The notes beneath the pieces were generated by a model. The model made no database searches and had not been told where the DNA came from. It worked only from the letters and a program-made list of their open reading frames with translations. A stretch of 64,000 nt of DNA from a phage: assembly GCA_024683775.1 (NCBI GenBank), contig GCA_024683775.1_4106.1. One strand, given 5' to 3'. Below are positions 31,618 through 41,180 of this stretch, one piece after another. Both the position numbers and the translations under genes were made by a program. How positions within the stretch are numbered: the first letter of the stretch is position 1; every line of letters begins with the position of its first letter.

Positions 31618-32053
31618 TGGTAAGGTTTCTAAAGTAGGTTTAGTTTTTGAAAATTGTGAGTTCATTGAGATTGATGTAAAGAATGTTTTATGGATGCATA
31701 TTGCTGACGAGAAAACTCTTTGTAGTCGTTTTTCCAACGGTCTAACTATTAGTACTGGTATTGGTGAGTTTGGTATCGCATTACGTAGTGACACACCATC
31801 TGATTTCATGGATAACTCAACACTGCTAGAACGTTTAAAAATGCGTGATGTTACACACGTTTATCTTTATGATACTAATGGTGTTGAACAGCGTTATGTA
31901 GTTGAATGGGCTAATTATAACCTTAGTGATCAATATTCAGTAAATCAGCGTGTTCAACTCACCCCTGGTGGTAATATTGTGTTTGTTAGTTCAACTGGTA
32001 AATTAATCAGTGTAGATGATGAAAGTATCGATCTATTCACTTCATATAACTAA
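31604..32053 (+). CDS. hypothetical protein
   Basis: ATG at 31604 after a GGAG RBS. Confidence 0.55.
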   Translation: MMQFNGKVSKVGLVFENCEFIEIDVKNVLWMHIADEKTLCSRFSNGLTISTGIGEFGIALRSDTPSDFMDNSTLLERLKMRDVTHVYLYDTNGVEQRYVVEWANYNLSDQYSVNQRVQLTPGGNIVFVSSTGKLISVDDESIDLFTSYN

Positions 32054-32064
32054 TACGAGCTTCT

Positions 32065-32484
32065 ATGAAAACAATCAAAACACATTTCAAAGACACGTGG
32101 ACAGAAGTAAGTACTGGTAATATTCAAGATATTTTATACAGTACTGAAACTATTCATGTCTATGACGAAGAGACAGCAGCGGAGCAGTTAAAGGTATTGC
32201 ATCGTAGTGTAGGTGAACACACCGAGTACGGTGTTAAACATACTCGTGAATTGGTAAGTACTGATCATATTGACACCTGTACTGTAAATCTATCAAAAGA
32301 AGAAATGTTTGATTTTATTCTAAACAATACTTTAGCAATTCAACCAGATGGATCACTATACAGTAAAACAGATGGTACACAAGTTCATAAAAAGTACAAT
32401 GTGACCATCAATGATACGGTGATGTCTGGATATGATTTAGTTGATGCAATCAACGAGTACGTTTCTATGCAGAGGTTGAAATGA
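32065..32484 (+). CDS. hypothetical protein
   Basis: 139 aa ORF. Confidence 0.55.
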   Translation: MKTIKTHFKDTWTEVSTGNIQDILYSTETIHVYDEETAAEQLKVLHRSVGEHTEYGVKHTRELVSTDHIDTCTVNLSKEEMFDFILNNTLAIQPDGSLYSKTDGTQVHKKYNVTINDTVMSGYDLVDAINEYVSMQRLK

Positions 32485-32846
32485 TTAATCTGATATATTT
32501 TACAATTATTTGTTGCATTACTATTGTACTTTGTCGTCTAATTCATGTATACTCATATCATAAAGCGTTGAGAATCGAACAAGAGATTTACAACGAAAAC
32601 CGTGAGCCAGAGCCAGAGAAGCTACCCCGCTCACCATATGCATTGAAGCGTGAGATGCATTCGGTGAGTAAGAAGTGGGGTTATGCAATAACCAAGCATG
32701 GTTATATCGACACTGCTGCAAATGGCTATTTTCAAATTCACTATGATCTTTCAGTTGCGATTGGAATTTTATGGGAAATGGAGGATATAGGTGGTTATGA
32801 GCGTACTAAATTTCCAAACTTACAAAATGATCCAGGAACTTCATGA
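32481..32846 (+). CDS. membrane-anchored protein (N-terminal TM)
   Basis: 'LIYFTIICCITIVLCRLIHVY'. ATGA overlap upstream. Confidence 0.55.
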   Translation: MINLIYFTIICCITIVLCRLIHVYSYHKALRIEQEIYNENREPEPEKLPRSPYALKREMHSVSKKWGYAITKHGYIDTAANGYFQIHYDLSVAIGILWEMEDIGGYERTKFPNLQNDPGTS

Positions 32847-33000
32847 AGAACATGATATAATTATAGATGTAGAAAAGAAGGAAGTTGTTATGAAGAAGCA
32901 AGCATATCGCATCTTAGACAACTTCTATCTTAAGGCATTTATAATGAAGTTCTGTGCAGACGAGCACTTAACAGGACGTGTTATACGCAAGGAGTCGTAG
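32827..33000 (+). CDS. small hypothetical protein
   Basis: The ATG at 32827 lies inside track ORF 32791..33000. It overlaps the upstream gene by 20 nt. Confidence 0.35.
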   Translation: MIQELHEEHDIIIDVEKKEVVMKKQAYRILDNFYLKAFIMKFCADEHLTGRVIRKES

Positions 33001-33342
33001 ATGGACATGAGTTCAACAATTCAGTACTTGAGCGAGAATTTTGTCAAAATCATTTCACGTGGTGGTATGATTGTGCATCCTGAAACTGAAGATATGTATA
33101 TCATTCGTTTTGATGCAAATTCTTATGATCAAGTACTTGTTGTTTCGAAATTAGTAGGTTATAATGAAGTCGTTCAGTTCTGCTGTACTGAGTTCGGTAT
33201 CTATATTAAAGATGCAGAAACCAATGAGATTTCACATTATTTTTATCACACACTGATGGGTACTAAAGATTTTGGATTGAAATTCAATGATTTAGTACAA
33301 TGTCACTATATGTTTAAAACATACCCAGCATCTGGGAAATAA
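33001..33342 (+). CDS. hypothetical protein
   Basis: 113 aa ORF. Confidence 0.55.
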   Translation: MDMSSTIQYLSENFVKIISRGGMIVHPETEDMYIIRFDANSYDQVLVVSKLVGYNEVVQFCCTEFGIYIKDAETNEISHYFYHTLMGTKDFGLKFNDLVQCHYMFKTYPASGK

Positions 33343-33353
33343 GGAGTAACAAT

Positions 33354-34169
33354 ATGAGCAACATTTTCTTCAAAACCATTTCCTTCAAAAAAGAATCTTA
33401 CTCTTACGCTTATGTAGATGGTAAAGTACTCAATATCGTTCTAGATGGTGTTGATGTACCTGTTCAATTTACCAGTCATCAAGAAGCGATTGAGGGTGCT
33501 CAAGAGCTTAACAGCTTACTAAATGGTATTGAGAAGAAACCTGAAGTTAAATCTGACCTTGATTTATTGGTTGACAAAATTAAAAGTGGTGAACTATTAT
33601 CAATTCTAGACCAGTGTAATGAAAAATTACGTGGTGTTGTTGGTGATGTACGTACTACAGTTCAAGATCGTCTACTTGAGCAAGCATTCAAAGAAGTTAC
33701 TAAGAAAACTGAAGAACGTGTTGAAGGTATGATTAAAAACATTGATGACGTTCTCACTCATATGTTCACCAAGCCATACGAATCAAGTACTGATTCTGAA
33801 GAGAAACAAGAAGAACCAGTAGAACGCACCAAGCCATCTATTGTTACTAAAGTTAAACATAGTTTTGGTTCACTGGATGATGTATTTGGATTTACAAATG
33901 TACGTGTTAGTACTGATGAAAAGCCAGAAGTTGATGAAATGCTAATTGGTGACATGACAACTGGACAACTCAAAAAAGAGATTGATACCTTTGTTAATGA
34001 ACTAATTAGTTCTGAACGTGCTGAAAATATGTTTAGCAGTATTTCAGCAAACTTCGGCAAAGAAGCAACTGAGCAAGCAGTACAGGCATTCAAAGATTTG
34101 ATTTACACTGTTGCAATTGCTAATCCAGAACAAACACTGGAAGAAGTTCTACGTAAAAACTTCAAATAA
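33354..34169 (+). CDS. acidic hypothetical protein
   Basis: 271 aa, rich in Glu, Asp and Lys. AAGGAG RBS upstream. Confidence 0.6.
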   Translation: MSNIFFKTISFKKESYSYAYVDGKVLNIVLDGVDVPVQFTSHQEAIEGAQELNSLLNGIEKKPEVKSDLDLLVDKIKSGELLSILDQCNEKLRGVVGDVRTTVQDRLLEQAFKEVTKKTEERVEGMIKNIDDVLTHMFTKPYESSTDSEEKQEEPVERTKPSIVTKVKHSFGSLDDVFGFTNVRVSTDEKPEVDEMLIGDMTTGQLKKEIDTFVNELISSERAENMFSSISANFGKEATEQAVQAFKDLIYTVAIANPEQTLEEVLRKNFK

Positions 34170-34184
34170 GATATAGATAAAAGA

Positions 34185-34213
34185 AAAGCCACTACAATGT
34201 AGTGGCTTTTTTG
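34185..34213. terminator. bidirectional intrinsic terminator between convergent genes
   Basis: AAAA-GCCACTA-CAATG-TAGTGGC-TTTTTT. Confidence 0.75.
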
Positions 34214-35371
34214 TTATGCGTTATAACCAACAATGACTACAGTACAGCCAAATGGTTCAACAACTTTTAATACAACATTATCATCTGCATCGAGTTCAAC
34301 TTCACTTAGAACAACATGATTGTCTTCAGCATAGACTTGAACTTGTGGGAGGATTTTACCATGTTCACTGGCAGGAATGGACAGTGTGTACATAGAATCA
34401 CCATCATCTACCCAATCACTATCGGTATACGTGTTGTGATATGGAGTGGTGTGTAAGGTTTTACCAATAATACTCAATGAGATTGGAGCATCATCAGTTT
34501 GGTACACAGTAATATTACCGCTAGGATCTACAATGAGGTCTACTCCAATTTGGAATAAATCACCACTGTATGCTTGTAGAGCAAGATACTCACCACGCTC
34601 ATGCACAGTAGCTGGTACAGTTGCCATGTACATACCATCGGACGTGTACTCAAACTGAGATAGAAGTACTGAAGTAACGAAGTCAATATCTTCGCCGCTT
34701 TCTAGTATATCAAATTCAATAGTTTTGGTATTATATATGTCAGAAGTGAGTATGATGGTTCCTTTACCGGATTGAGTAATTGGATCAACTGGAATACTAA
34801 AAACATCATCAATTATTTCAGTTGTGAAGTACTCGGTTCCGTCAGGAAGTATAACGGTAATACGCATTCCAGTTGTATCAATGGCTGAACCTGCGTTGAA
34901 TAGGCGACCACCTACCAAATCATCACCTACGAACGTTGGGAACATAAGGATGTTGTCTATATCTCTATCTATAATCCCGCATTCAGGGGTGTACATATTA
35001 TATAGTGTTTGTGAACTACCTAGAATTGTTTTGTGCAAAAGAAACTTATAAACAAACCCAGTAGGATCTGATTCAAGTTTAGCATCTGAGTATCCTCTTA
35101 CGAAAAAAGAGTTCTTTCTTATTTCACTTAGGATTTGGTCATTAGTTTTGTTGTAGTTTAATTGATATCCTTGTATATCCTTTGTTGTAATTTGTACTTT
35201 ACGATAAATTACATTACTTACAGGATCAAGTAAATCATATAATCTATGGCTTCTCTGACGATAGATTCGAACATTTTTGAGTTTAGTCCCATCGTTGAGA
35301 ATTGCACCATCGACTACATATCCACATTCACCGAACTTATATTGTCCAGCAGCAGCAATCGATCTTGACAT
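34214..35371 (-). CDS. hypothetical late or structural protein (fibre or decoration-like; unassigned)
   Basis: 385 aa on the minus strand. GGAGGG RBS and ATG start. The composition looks beta-rich. Possible late-promoter core upstream. Confidence 0.6.
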   Translation of the reverse strand: MSRSIAAAGQYKFGECGYVVDGAILNDGTKLKNVRIYRQRSHRLYDLLDPVSNVIYRKVQITTKDIQGYQLNYNKTNDQILSEIRKNSFFVRGYSDAKLESDPTGFVYKFLLHKTILGSSQTLYNMYTPECGIIDRDIDNILMFPTFVGDDLVGGRLFNAGSAIDTTGMRITVILPDGTEYFTTEIIDDVFSIPVDPITQSGKGTIILTSDIYNTKTIEFDILESGEDIDFVTSVLLSQFEYTSDGMYMATVPATVHERGEYLALQAYSGDLFQIGVDLIVDPSGNITVYQTDDAPISLSIIGKTLHTTPYHNTYTDSDWVDDGDSMYTLSIPASEHGKILPQVQVYAEDNHVVLSEVELDADDNVVLKVVEPFGCTVVIVGYNA

Positions 35372-35402
35372 TCATCCCTCCATTGGTATAATTATTATAA
35401 CG

Positions 35403-35409
35403 TATTTAT
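35403..35409 (-). promoter_or_regulatory. possible T4-type late promoter core (ATAAATA on the minus strand)
   Basis: The minus strand reads GAATAAATACG about 32 nt upstream of the ATG at 35371. Confidence 0.3.
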
Positions 35410-35431
35410 TCTAGATAGGTAAAAAAGCACC

Positions 35432-35460
35432 TTGACTGAGTTGTGTTTTTGACGTATACT
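35432..35460 (+). promoter_or_regulatory. sigma70-type promoter
   Basis: TTGACT at 35432-35437, 17 bp spacer, TATACT at 35455-35460. Confidence 0.5.
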
Positions 35461-35487
35461 TAAATGGAATATCAATAAGGGGATTTT

Positions 35488-36072
35488 ATGAGTGTTGTAG
35501 AAAAACGTTTAGTACTGAAAAATGGTAAAATGACTGTTAAGCTATACAAAGATGAAGCTGATTCTTTTATGGCTAAAGCAATTGAGAAATCCGAACGATA
35601 TAAAATTCTTGCACCTGCAAGTAAATCGCCGTATGGGTTTAATCACGCTCACAGTCATTTTGTTGGTATGGTATGTGAACATGCTTCATTTGTACTTTTT
35701 AATGAAATTGAAAACTATTCAGGTATTGCACTTAACATCGATCCAGCGTTCCAAAGTGATGGACGTGATGGGGAATGTGATATCAAAGTAAACAACTTAA
35801 GAATTGAAGTGAAAGGTATCAAGTACAAATCGTGGACCGACTTTGGACCATGTGTTAGTACTCGACAGTTAAAAAATATACAGAAAAAAGCTGACGTTAT
35901 TCTGTGGGTATTGTATAATGAGAAAAAGCAAGAATTCACATTTGAGGGATTCAACTATGTAAAAGACATTAGTTCGATTCCAGTTGTGCTAACAGGTGTA
36001 CCAGGGCGACCAATGATTGAAAATCACCCAGTACTGAGTATTATTAAACCACTTCAGGAGTTACCATTATGA
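35488..36072 (+). CDS. PD-(D/E)xK nuclease-fold-like protein (tentative)
   Basis: 'DGRDGECDIKVNNLRIEVKGIK' fits a D...E-x-K catalytic pattern. Confidence 0.4.
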   Translation: MSVVEKRLVLKNGKMTVKLYKDEADSFMAKAIEKSERYKILAPASKSPYGFNHAHSHFVGMVCEHASFVLFNEIENYSGIALNIDPAFQSDGRDGECDIKVNNLRIEVKGIKYKSWTDFGPCVSTRQLKNIQKKADVILWVLYNEKKQEFTFEGFNYVKDISSIPVVLTGVPGRPMIENHPVLSIIKPLQELPL

Positions 36073-36296
36073 TTACTGCCACTGTATATCAAGATATTAA
36101 TGAAGAATTTAATTCTAAAATTGCATTTTTATCCTTTCCCGTATTGCCAGCTATTGGTGCTACGTTGAATCTTACAATCTGTGGCTTTGAAAAATACTAT
36201 GAAGTACTAGATATTGAGTACTGTGCCGATGTTTATTCATGCAACAGTGAGATTGCTATTCCTGTGCAAATCGACATTATTGTAAAAGAGGTTTGA
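36069..36296 (+). CDS. hypothetical protein
   Basis: 75 aa ORF. ATGA overlap upstream. Confidence 0.5.
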   Translation: MITATVYQDINEEFNSKIAFLSFPVLPAIGATLNLTICGFEKYYEVLDIEYCADVYSCNSEIAIPVQIDIIVKEV

Positions 36297-36298
36297 TT

Positions 36299-36757
36299 AT
36301 GTTTAAACACTTTCTAGTAATCACTGCTGTTGTATTCAGTACTTCCTGCTTCGTTGCACCAGTACATGCGGAAGACCAGCGTCAAACAATCAAGACGATT
36401 GGAACAGGGAAAGCCCAACCAAAACGTACTGCTGAAGAATACATGCCTGAGATGCGTGAACGTTACCGCCAGCAATACCGTGAAAAACATGCTAATGATA
36501 AGCCTATCAAAAAGCATAAATGGAATGTAGTCAAATCGCCATCGTTTTGTGCTGGGTATGCTAAGGTTAAGGATGAACAGCACAACAAGCAGTACTATAA
36601 AGATATGTACACATTCTATGATTCGAGGATCTCGGATGATGACATGATGGCTGCTAAGGTTGATAAAGAAGAATTTCTTCAGGGTTATGACATGACCGAT
36701 GATGACAAGATCATGGAATGTGTTGAAGTATATGAAAAATACAGAGGTTTTGAATGA
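36299..36757 (+). CDS. secreted protein (signal peptide)
   Basis: 'MFKHFLVITAVVFSTSCFVAPVHA|EDQ' looks like a signal peptide. Confidence 0.55.
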   Translation: MFKHFLVITAVVFSTSCFVAPVHAEDQRQTIKTIGTGKAQPKRTAEEYMPEMRERYRQQYREKHANDKPIKKHKWNVVKSPSFCAGYAKVKDEQHNKQYYKDMYTFYDSRISDDDMMAAKVDKEEFLQGYDMTDDDKIMECVEVYEKYRGFE

Positions 36758-37197
36758 CACTTTTGCTGATTCTAGGTTTATTAGTGTCATATTTCATTTT
36801 TCTTAACATCTTCTCTGATGCATCACATTTTGCATATGCTTCAGCTATTGCAAAACACGAAGGGATAAAGAAGTATATTCCTGCATTGTTATTCTCATAT
36901 ATGTACCATCCAAGGTACTTTACACTAGGTGTGTTTGACAAGTATGTATACGACGAAAAAGCACTCAATGAAATTGAATACTTTGTAAGAACTCATGCTA
37001 ATAACAATCCAAAATCATTAATTAACTTTACTGATAATCGTAAACGTGTTAGTATTAGAAGTGACTTGTATCCTACCAGTCACTTTCATCTAGGCGATTG
37101 TAGTGTGTACAGAGTTAGATACGAAAACTTACTGTTACCACCATCACATATAAGATACATAGAAAAATACTTGTTGAAATGTGTTGACTCCAAATAG
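36754..37197 (+). CDS. membrane-anchored protein
   Basis: N-terminal 'LLLILGLLVSYFIFLNIF'. ATGA overlap upstream. Confidence 0.55.
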   Translation: MTLLLILGLLVSYFIFLNIFSDASHFAYASAIAKHEGIKKYIPALLFSYMYHPRYFTLGVFDKYVYDEKALNEIEYFVRTHANNNPKSLINFTDNRKRVSIRSDLYPTSHFHLGDCSVYRVRYENLLLPPSHIRYIEKYLLKCVDSK

Positions 37198-37250
37198 TAA
37201 ATGGCAGTATAATAGCTTCGTACCGCAATAACTGACAAGAGGATTTAACG

Positions 37251-37709
37251 ATGGACGTATTAGCTACTCAATTCAAACGCAACGCAGAAGAACGTGAAGG
37301 TTACCTAAGTATCAGTGAAGTGGTTGAAGATGGATTCAAGCAGTACATTTTCAACAGTGCAATTAAACTGAAGCCAACAAAAGATTCACCGGATCGCAGC
37401 TTCACAAAGTGGATTGCATTCTGGGAAGAGTCACCAATTGCAATCGAAATGACTGTCATTACTACAGTACTGGAAACTGGTTACATCAAAGCAATTGTAG
37501 TTGATAAGAAAGTTCGCACTCTTGATGAAATCGGGACATACCCAGCACGTAACTCTAAAGTATTTGGGTGTTTAGTTGATGGTAAGTTTATGATTGAAAA
37601 AGATGCTAAGAACTATGTAATTGATAAACTACAAACCAGTGCTACTAAACAGGAAGTCGTAGACCAGAACGCAGTGGATGCTATTAAAAAGGCATGGGGA
37701 CTGAAATAA
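37251..37709 (+). CDS. hypothetical protein
   Basis: 152 aa ORF with a GAGGA RBS. Confidence 0.55.
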   Translation: MDVLATQFKRNAEEREGYLSISEVVEDGFKQYIFNSAIKLKPTKDSPDRSFTKWIAFWEESPIAIEMTVITTVLETGYIKAIVVDKKVRTLDEIGTYPARNSKVFGCLVDGKFMIEKDAKNYVIDKLQTSATKQEVVDQNAVDAIKKAWGLK

Positions 37710-38131
37710 TGTTCACACTTAGCAATGCAAAGTATCTATTTCTTATTGCTATTATTGGTTGGGTTATGGCTCCAGTGCTTAATGCACTGGGGTTTCCAGA
37801 CGGACATAAACTTGTAAATGTTTCAGGTGTAATCCAGGGCATTTCATGGTATTCATTGATTATATTTTCTATATGTATTCATACATTTGCACGTGATTAC
37901 CGCCGTCTGCTTTTTGTTAAAGTATTCGGTACTAAGAGATATAGTTTTGTGTTTACATTTATTTTAATACCATGTATTATCTATGCTTTTGTATTTGATT
38001 ACTATACTTATCTGTGGGTGTGTGGTTCTATGTTTGTTATGTTGGAATATACAAGAACTGTTCAAAACTCATATGCTGATGAGTATTATGATCTTGAAGT
38101 TAAACGAAAATTAACGGAGCTAAACAAATGA
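37709..38131 (+). CDS. multi-pass membrane protein
   Basis: About four hydrophobic helices. TAATG overlap upstream. Confidence 0.55.
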   Translation: MFTLSNAKYLFLIAIIGWVMAPVLNALGFPDGHKLVNVSGVIQGISWYSLIIFSICIHTFARDYRRLLFVKVFGTKRYSFVFTFILIPCIIYAFVFDYYTYLWVCGSMFVMLEYTRTVQNSYADEYYDLEVKRKLTELNK

Positions 38132-38553
38132 GGGGATACAATAAGATTTGTATTTTTGTATTTTTAGTTTGTGCAATCAATACATTTGGATATTACTGTA
38201 CTGAAAACAACATTTCATATGGTTTAAATCCTTTGTGGTTTACAATTGCCAATGTAGCACAAATTGGTATTGCTGTTATGTCTGCACTTATGTTCTGTCC
38301 AATTGTCACTATGGATACTGAACATGAAAGGCTTGGATTTATCCGTGATACTGGAGACGAACCTTACAGTAGATTGATTGTGTTGTATCCATTTATTGTT
38401 ATTTTAGGTACTAACATCCAACTTGGGTCTTTATCTAATAGTGTTACTTCAGCAGCCATTACAGTCTTTGCATTCACATTTTTTATGGTACACAAATCAG
38501 TACTCAAATGGCACATCACCAAAATGGCAGAGAAAGGTACAGAAAACAGTTGA
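38128..38553 (+). CDS. multi-pass membrane protein
   Basis: About four hydrophobic helices. The stop TGA lies inside the next TTGACG. Confidence 0.55.
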   Translation: MRGYNKICIFVFLVCAINTFGYYCTENNISYGLNPLWFTIANVAQIGIAVMSALMFCPIVTMDTEHERLGFIRDTGDEPYSRLIVLYPFIVILGTNIQLGSLSNSVTSAAITVFAFTFFMVHKSVLKWHITKMAEKGTENS

Positions 38554-38578
38554 CGTGAGTTATTGAGTCATATATAAT
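38550..38578 (+). promoter_or_regulatory. sigma70-type promoter
   Basis: TTGACG at 38550-38555, 17 bp spacer, TATAAT at 38573-38578. Confidence 0.55.
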
Positions 38579-38612
38579 TATTACATCAAAACGGGGAAAT
38601 GGTAAGGAACTT

Positions 38613-38864
38613 ATGAACATCGATAAGGTCAAAGAACTTAGTGAAGCACTAATTAAGAACGAAGAAGCTTGTGAAGAACTTCGCAGTACTATCAAAGTTG
38701 AGTACGCACGTCTTCAAGCTATGCTTCAGGAATCCGAATGGGTTGTAACTAAATCAATCGAAGCTATCTATAAGGATATCGAATCCCTTTTCAATAAGAA
38801 AAGCAAGTTTGAATCTGATTCATATAACAAGCGTAAAGAATTGAATTCAGTACTCGGTATCTAA
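38613..38864 (+). CDS. hypothetical coiled-coil protein
   Basis: 83 aa ORF. Confidence 0.5.
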   Translation: MNIDKVKELSEALIKNEEACEELRSTIKVEYARLQAMLQESEWVVTKSIEAIYKDIESLFNKKSKFESDSYNKRKELNSVLGI

Positions 38865-38870
38865 AAGTAT

Positions 38871-38899
38871 TTGACTTAACCAATAACATGGAGTACAAT
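38871..38899 (+). promoter_or_regulatory. sigma70-type promoter
   Basis: TTGACT at 38871-38876, 17 bp spacer, TACAAT at 38894-38899. Confidence 0.55.
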
Positions 38900-38938
38900 G
38901 TGCTCCTACTTTAATCAAAATCCTAAAAGGAAAACATT

Positions 38939-39199
38939 ATGAAATCTATCCTCGTTGCTGTAAACCTGGTTGCTTCCCCATCTTTCAACTTCAAACAAGT
39001 TGTTGCTGATAATCTGAAGAACATTTGCCCTAACGCTGAATTGACTTTCTGTGTGTTTGATTCAGAAAAAGTAACAACTGTTGATCTAAACTATCTTTTG
39101 AACGAAGTACAAAGTATTTCTGGTGAAAGTAATTTGGAAGTACTGAACTCCGTTGCTGATGACTATGATGATACACTTGTAATTTCGGAGAAATTCTAA
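38939..39199 (+). CDS. hypothetical protein
   Basis: 86 aa ORF. Confidence 0.5.
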   Translation: MKSILVAVNLVASPSFNFKQVVADNLKNICPNAELTFCVFDSEKVTTVDLNYLLNEVQSISGESNLEVLNSVADDYDDTLVISEKF

Positions 39200-39204
39200 A
39201 TCCA

Positions 39205-39624
39205 ATGCTTAGATTTATACATTACTTAATCAGTAAGGTTTTTGGGTATCAAACTGTGGAGGACAAGGCTAATCTAGCACACAAAATCTTCACAGCTTTG
39301 TGTTCTGGTGATTATCCTGTATTGAATAAGTACTGTAAATCTAAAGCATGTATTGACATAATGGCACTTCGTATATATGAGTGCCAGTTCAATAGATACA
39401 ATTTTTACCAGTACAGATATGATAAAGATGATTTTGATAGCATTGTAATGCTAAAGAATTTATGTAATAATAAAAAGAATATTCATATATCTGAATTTGT
39501 TGCATTGTATTTTTATTTAAAAAGTTCATTGTATATGAATTCAATGCAACGATTTGATACTAGAATTAATGTATTCAACGATAAAGAATTTTATATCTAT
39601 GATAAATTTTTAGATAAGGTTTAA
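39205..39624 (+). CDS. hypothetical protein
   Basis: 139 aa ORF. Confidence 0.5.
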   Translation: MLRFIHYLISKVFGYQTVEDKANLAHKIFTALCSGDYPVLNKYCKSKACIDIMALRIYECQFNRYNFYQYRYDKDDFDSIVMLKNLCNNKKNIHISEFVALYFYLKSSLYMNSMQRFDTRINVFNDKEFYIYDKFLDKV

Positions 39625-39625
39625 T

Positions 39626-40123
39626 ATGACGACTGTTTATATTGATAAACGCTTGGGAGTATTACTTACTGATTCAAAAGTGACATCAACTGAGCAACGT
39701 TCATTTTTGAACCTATTCCCGTTGAAGCCAAAACTTAGTTATGGTGTAGTTTCACAAAAAACATTGTATGTACACGACCGACTGTTTAGTGCTTGCGGTG
39801 AAGTTAGTGAAATTAACAAAGTACTGAGATACTTGATTTCACAAGAGACTGTGATACCAGACCGCAAGGCGAGTTGTCACTGTGTTCTTGTGTCAAAAGA
39901 TTACATCATTCACTTAATCGTTAATAAGGGTAAGTTTACCAAGAAGATTGATTATCTCCATAATGATTATACATTCTTTATGGGTAGTGGTGGTGAATAC
40001 ATGCTTGATGCAGCAGTACATGAAGAGTATAATACTCTTCTTGATAAGGTATTTGATACCTTCATGGATGTTCATAACCATGATATCTATACCGATGATA
40101 ATATTAATGTATACCGTTTTTGA
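39626..40123 (+). CDS. HslV/proteasome beta-subunit-like Ntn-hydrolase (tentative)
   Basis: N-terminal 'MTTVYIDKRLGVLLTDSKVT' compares with HslV 'TTIVSVRRNG.V.I.GDGQ'. A 'FFMGSGGEYMLDAA' GSGG motif compares with HslV 'AIGSGGPYAQAAA'. Confidence 0.45.
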   Translation: MTTVYIDKRLGVLLTDSKVTSTEQRSFLNLFPLKPKLSYGVVSQKTLYVHDRLFSACGEVSEINKVLRYLISQETVIPDRKASCHCVLVSKDYIIHLIVNKGKFTKKIDYLHNDYTFFMGSGGEYMLDAAVHEEYNTLLDKVFDTFMDVHNHDIYTDDNINVYRF

Positions 40124-40145
40124 TTTCATTCATTAGGAGAAGTAA

Positions 40146-41111
40146 GTGAAAAAGCTTGATTTAAATGCAATTTCTGAAGAAGTACTGGATGAGTGTTTTG
40201 CTAGTGAAGAAGTCAACGTATTAGAGGCTCTTGATTCCGTCGAAGAAGAAGAACATGACGGTCACAAGTTTGAGAAACCAAAAACAGGTATCAGCTTAAC
40301 TCGCCCTAAAGGGATAACGAATGAAATGCTCATCCAAGCAGTGCGTGATGGTATTGACGTTGAAAAGAACATTGACCTTTTGGTTCGCTACAACTATCCA
40401 ATGGTAGTAAGTGTTGCACGTAAGTGTACATGTTTTATCCCATTTGAAGATAAGATTTCTTATGGTGTTGAAGGTTTAATGCGAGCAATTCATACGTTCG
40501 ACACTACCAAAAATGTTAAGTTCATTACATATGCAACAACAACTGTGTACATGACAATCTATAACGAAAGTGCAGATGCTAATTATCTAGTGCATTTCCC
40601 ACGTTATATGAGTGTTAATAACATTTATGTGAAACGTTGTGTAGAAGAGTATCAAAGGAAACATGGTAAATACCCAACTCCTGAGATGGTGTCAAAAGAG
40701 ACTGGTATTGAGATTCAACACGTTAAGAATTGTCTAACTTACAGTAACACTTATGTAGCATTGAATATGAAAATGAGTAATGATTCAGAAAGTACATTAT
40801 CTGACATTGTTACTTCAGTTGAACCTGATTACAACTTAGGCGTAGAAACTGTCAGTACCCCACTGGTACAAAGTATTGCAGAAATGATGAGTAACCTATC
40901 TGCCAAAGACCGTGAATTGATTGAACGTGTACATGGTATTGGTTCTTATTCTGAACCCGAAACGCTACGAGAAATCATTGAGAGTGGTTTTGAAGATGAG
41001 AAGGGTAAGGTCATGACTGCTCGTTCTTCATTGCACCGTAAGTACTCTGAAGCAATGGAACGACTGCGTAAGATGGTTAAGACAAAAGGTTATGAGTTCG
41101 AAGATTTTTAA
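40146..41111 (+). CDS. sigma-70 family RNA polymerase sigma factor
   Basis: GTG start after a GGAGAAG RBS. Region 2-like 'LVRYNYPMVVSVARK...GVEGLMRAIHTFD...KFITYATTTVYMTIYNE'. Region 4-like 'LSAKDRELIERVHGI...ETLREI...ARSSLHRKYSEAMERLRK'. Confidence 0.75.
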   Translation: MKKLDLNAISEEVLDECFASEEVNVLEALDSVEEEEHDGHKFEKPKTGISLTRPKGITNEMLIQAVRDGIDVEKNIDLLVRYNYPMVVSVARKCTCFIPFEDKISYGVEGLMRAIHTFDTTKNVKFITYATTTVYMTIYNESADANYLVHFPRYMSVNNIYVKRCVEEYQRKHGKYPTPEMVSKETGIEIQHVKNCLTYSNTYVALNMKMSNDSESTLSDIVTSVEPDYNLGVETVSTPLVQSIAEMMSNLSAKDRELIERVHGIGSYSEPETLREIIESGFEDEKGKVMTARSSLHRKYSEAMERLRKMVKTKGYEFEDF

Positions 41112-41119
41112 GATTAAAG

Positions 41120-41145
41120 GGTTGACTTCGGTCAGCCTTTTTTTA
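41120..41145 (+). terminator. terminator hairpin of the repeated TTGACTTCGGTCA cassette family (copy 1)
   Basis: GGTTGAC-TTCG-GTCAGCC hairpin followed by TTTTTTT. Confidence 0.7.
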
Positions 41146-41180
41146 TGGGACAAATTTATTAATGGTGATACAATGATCTA

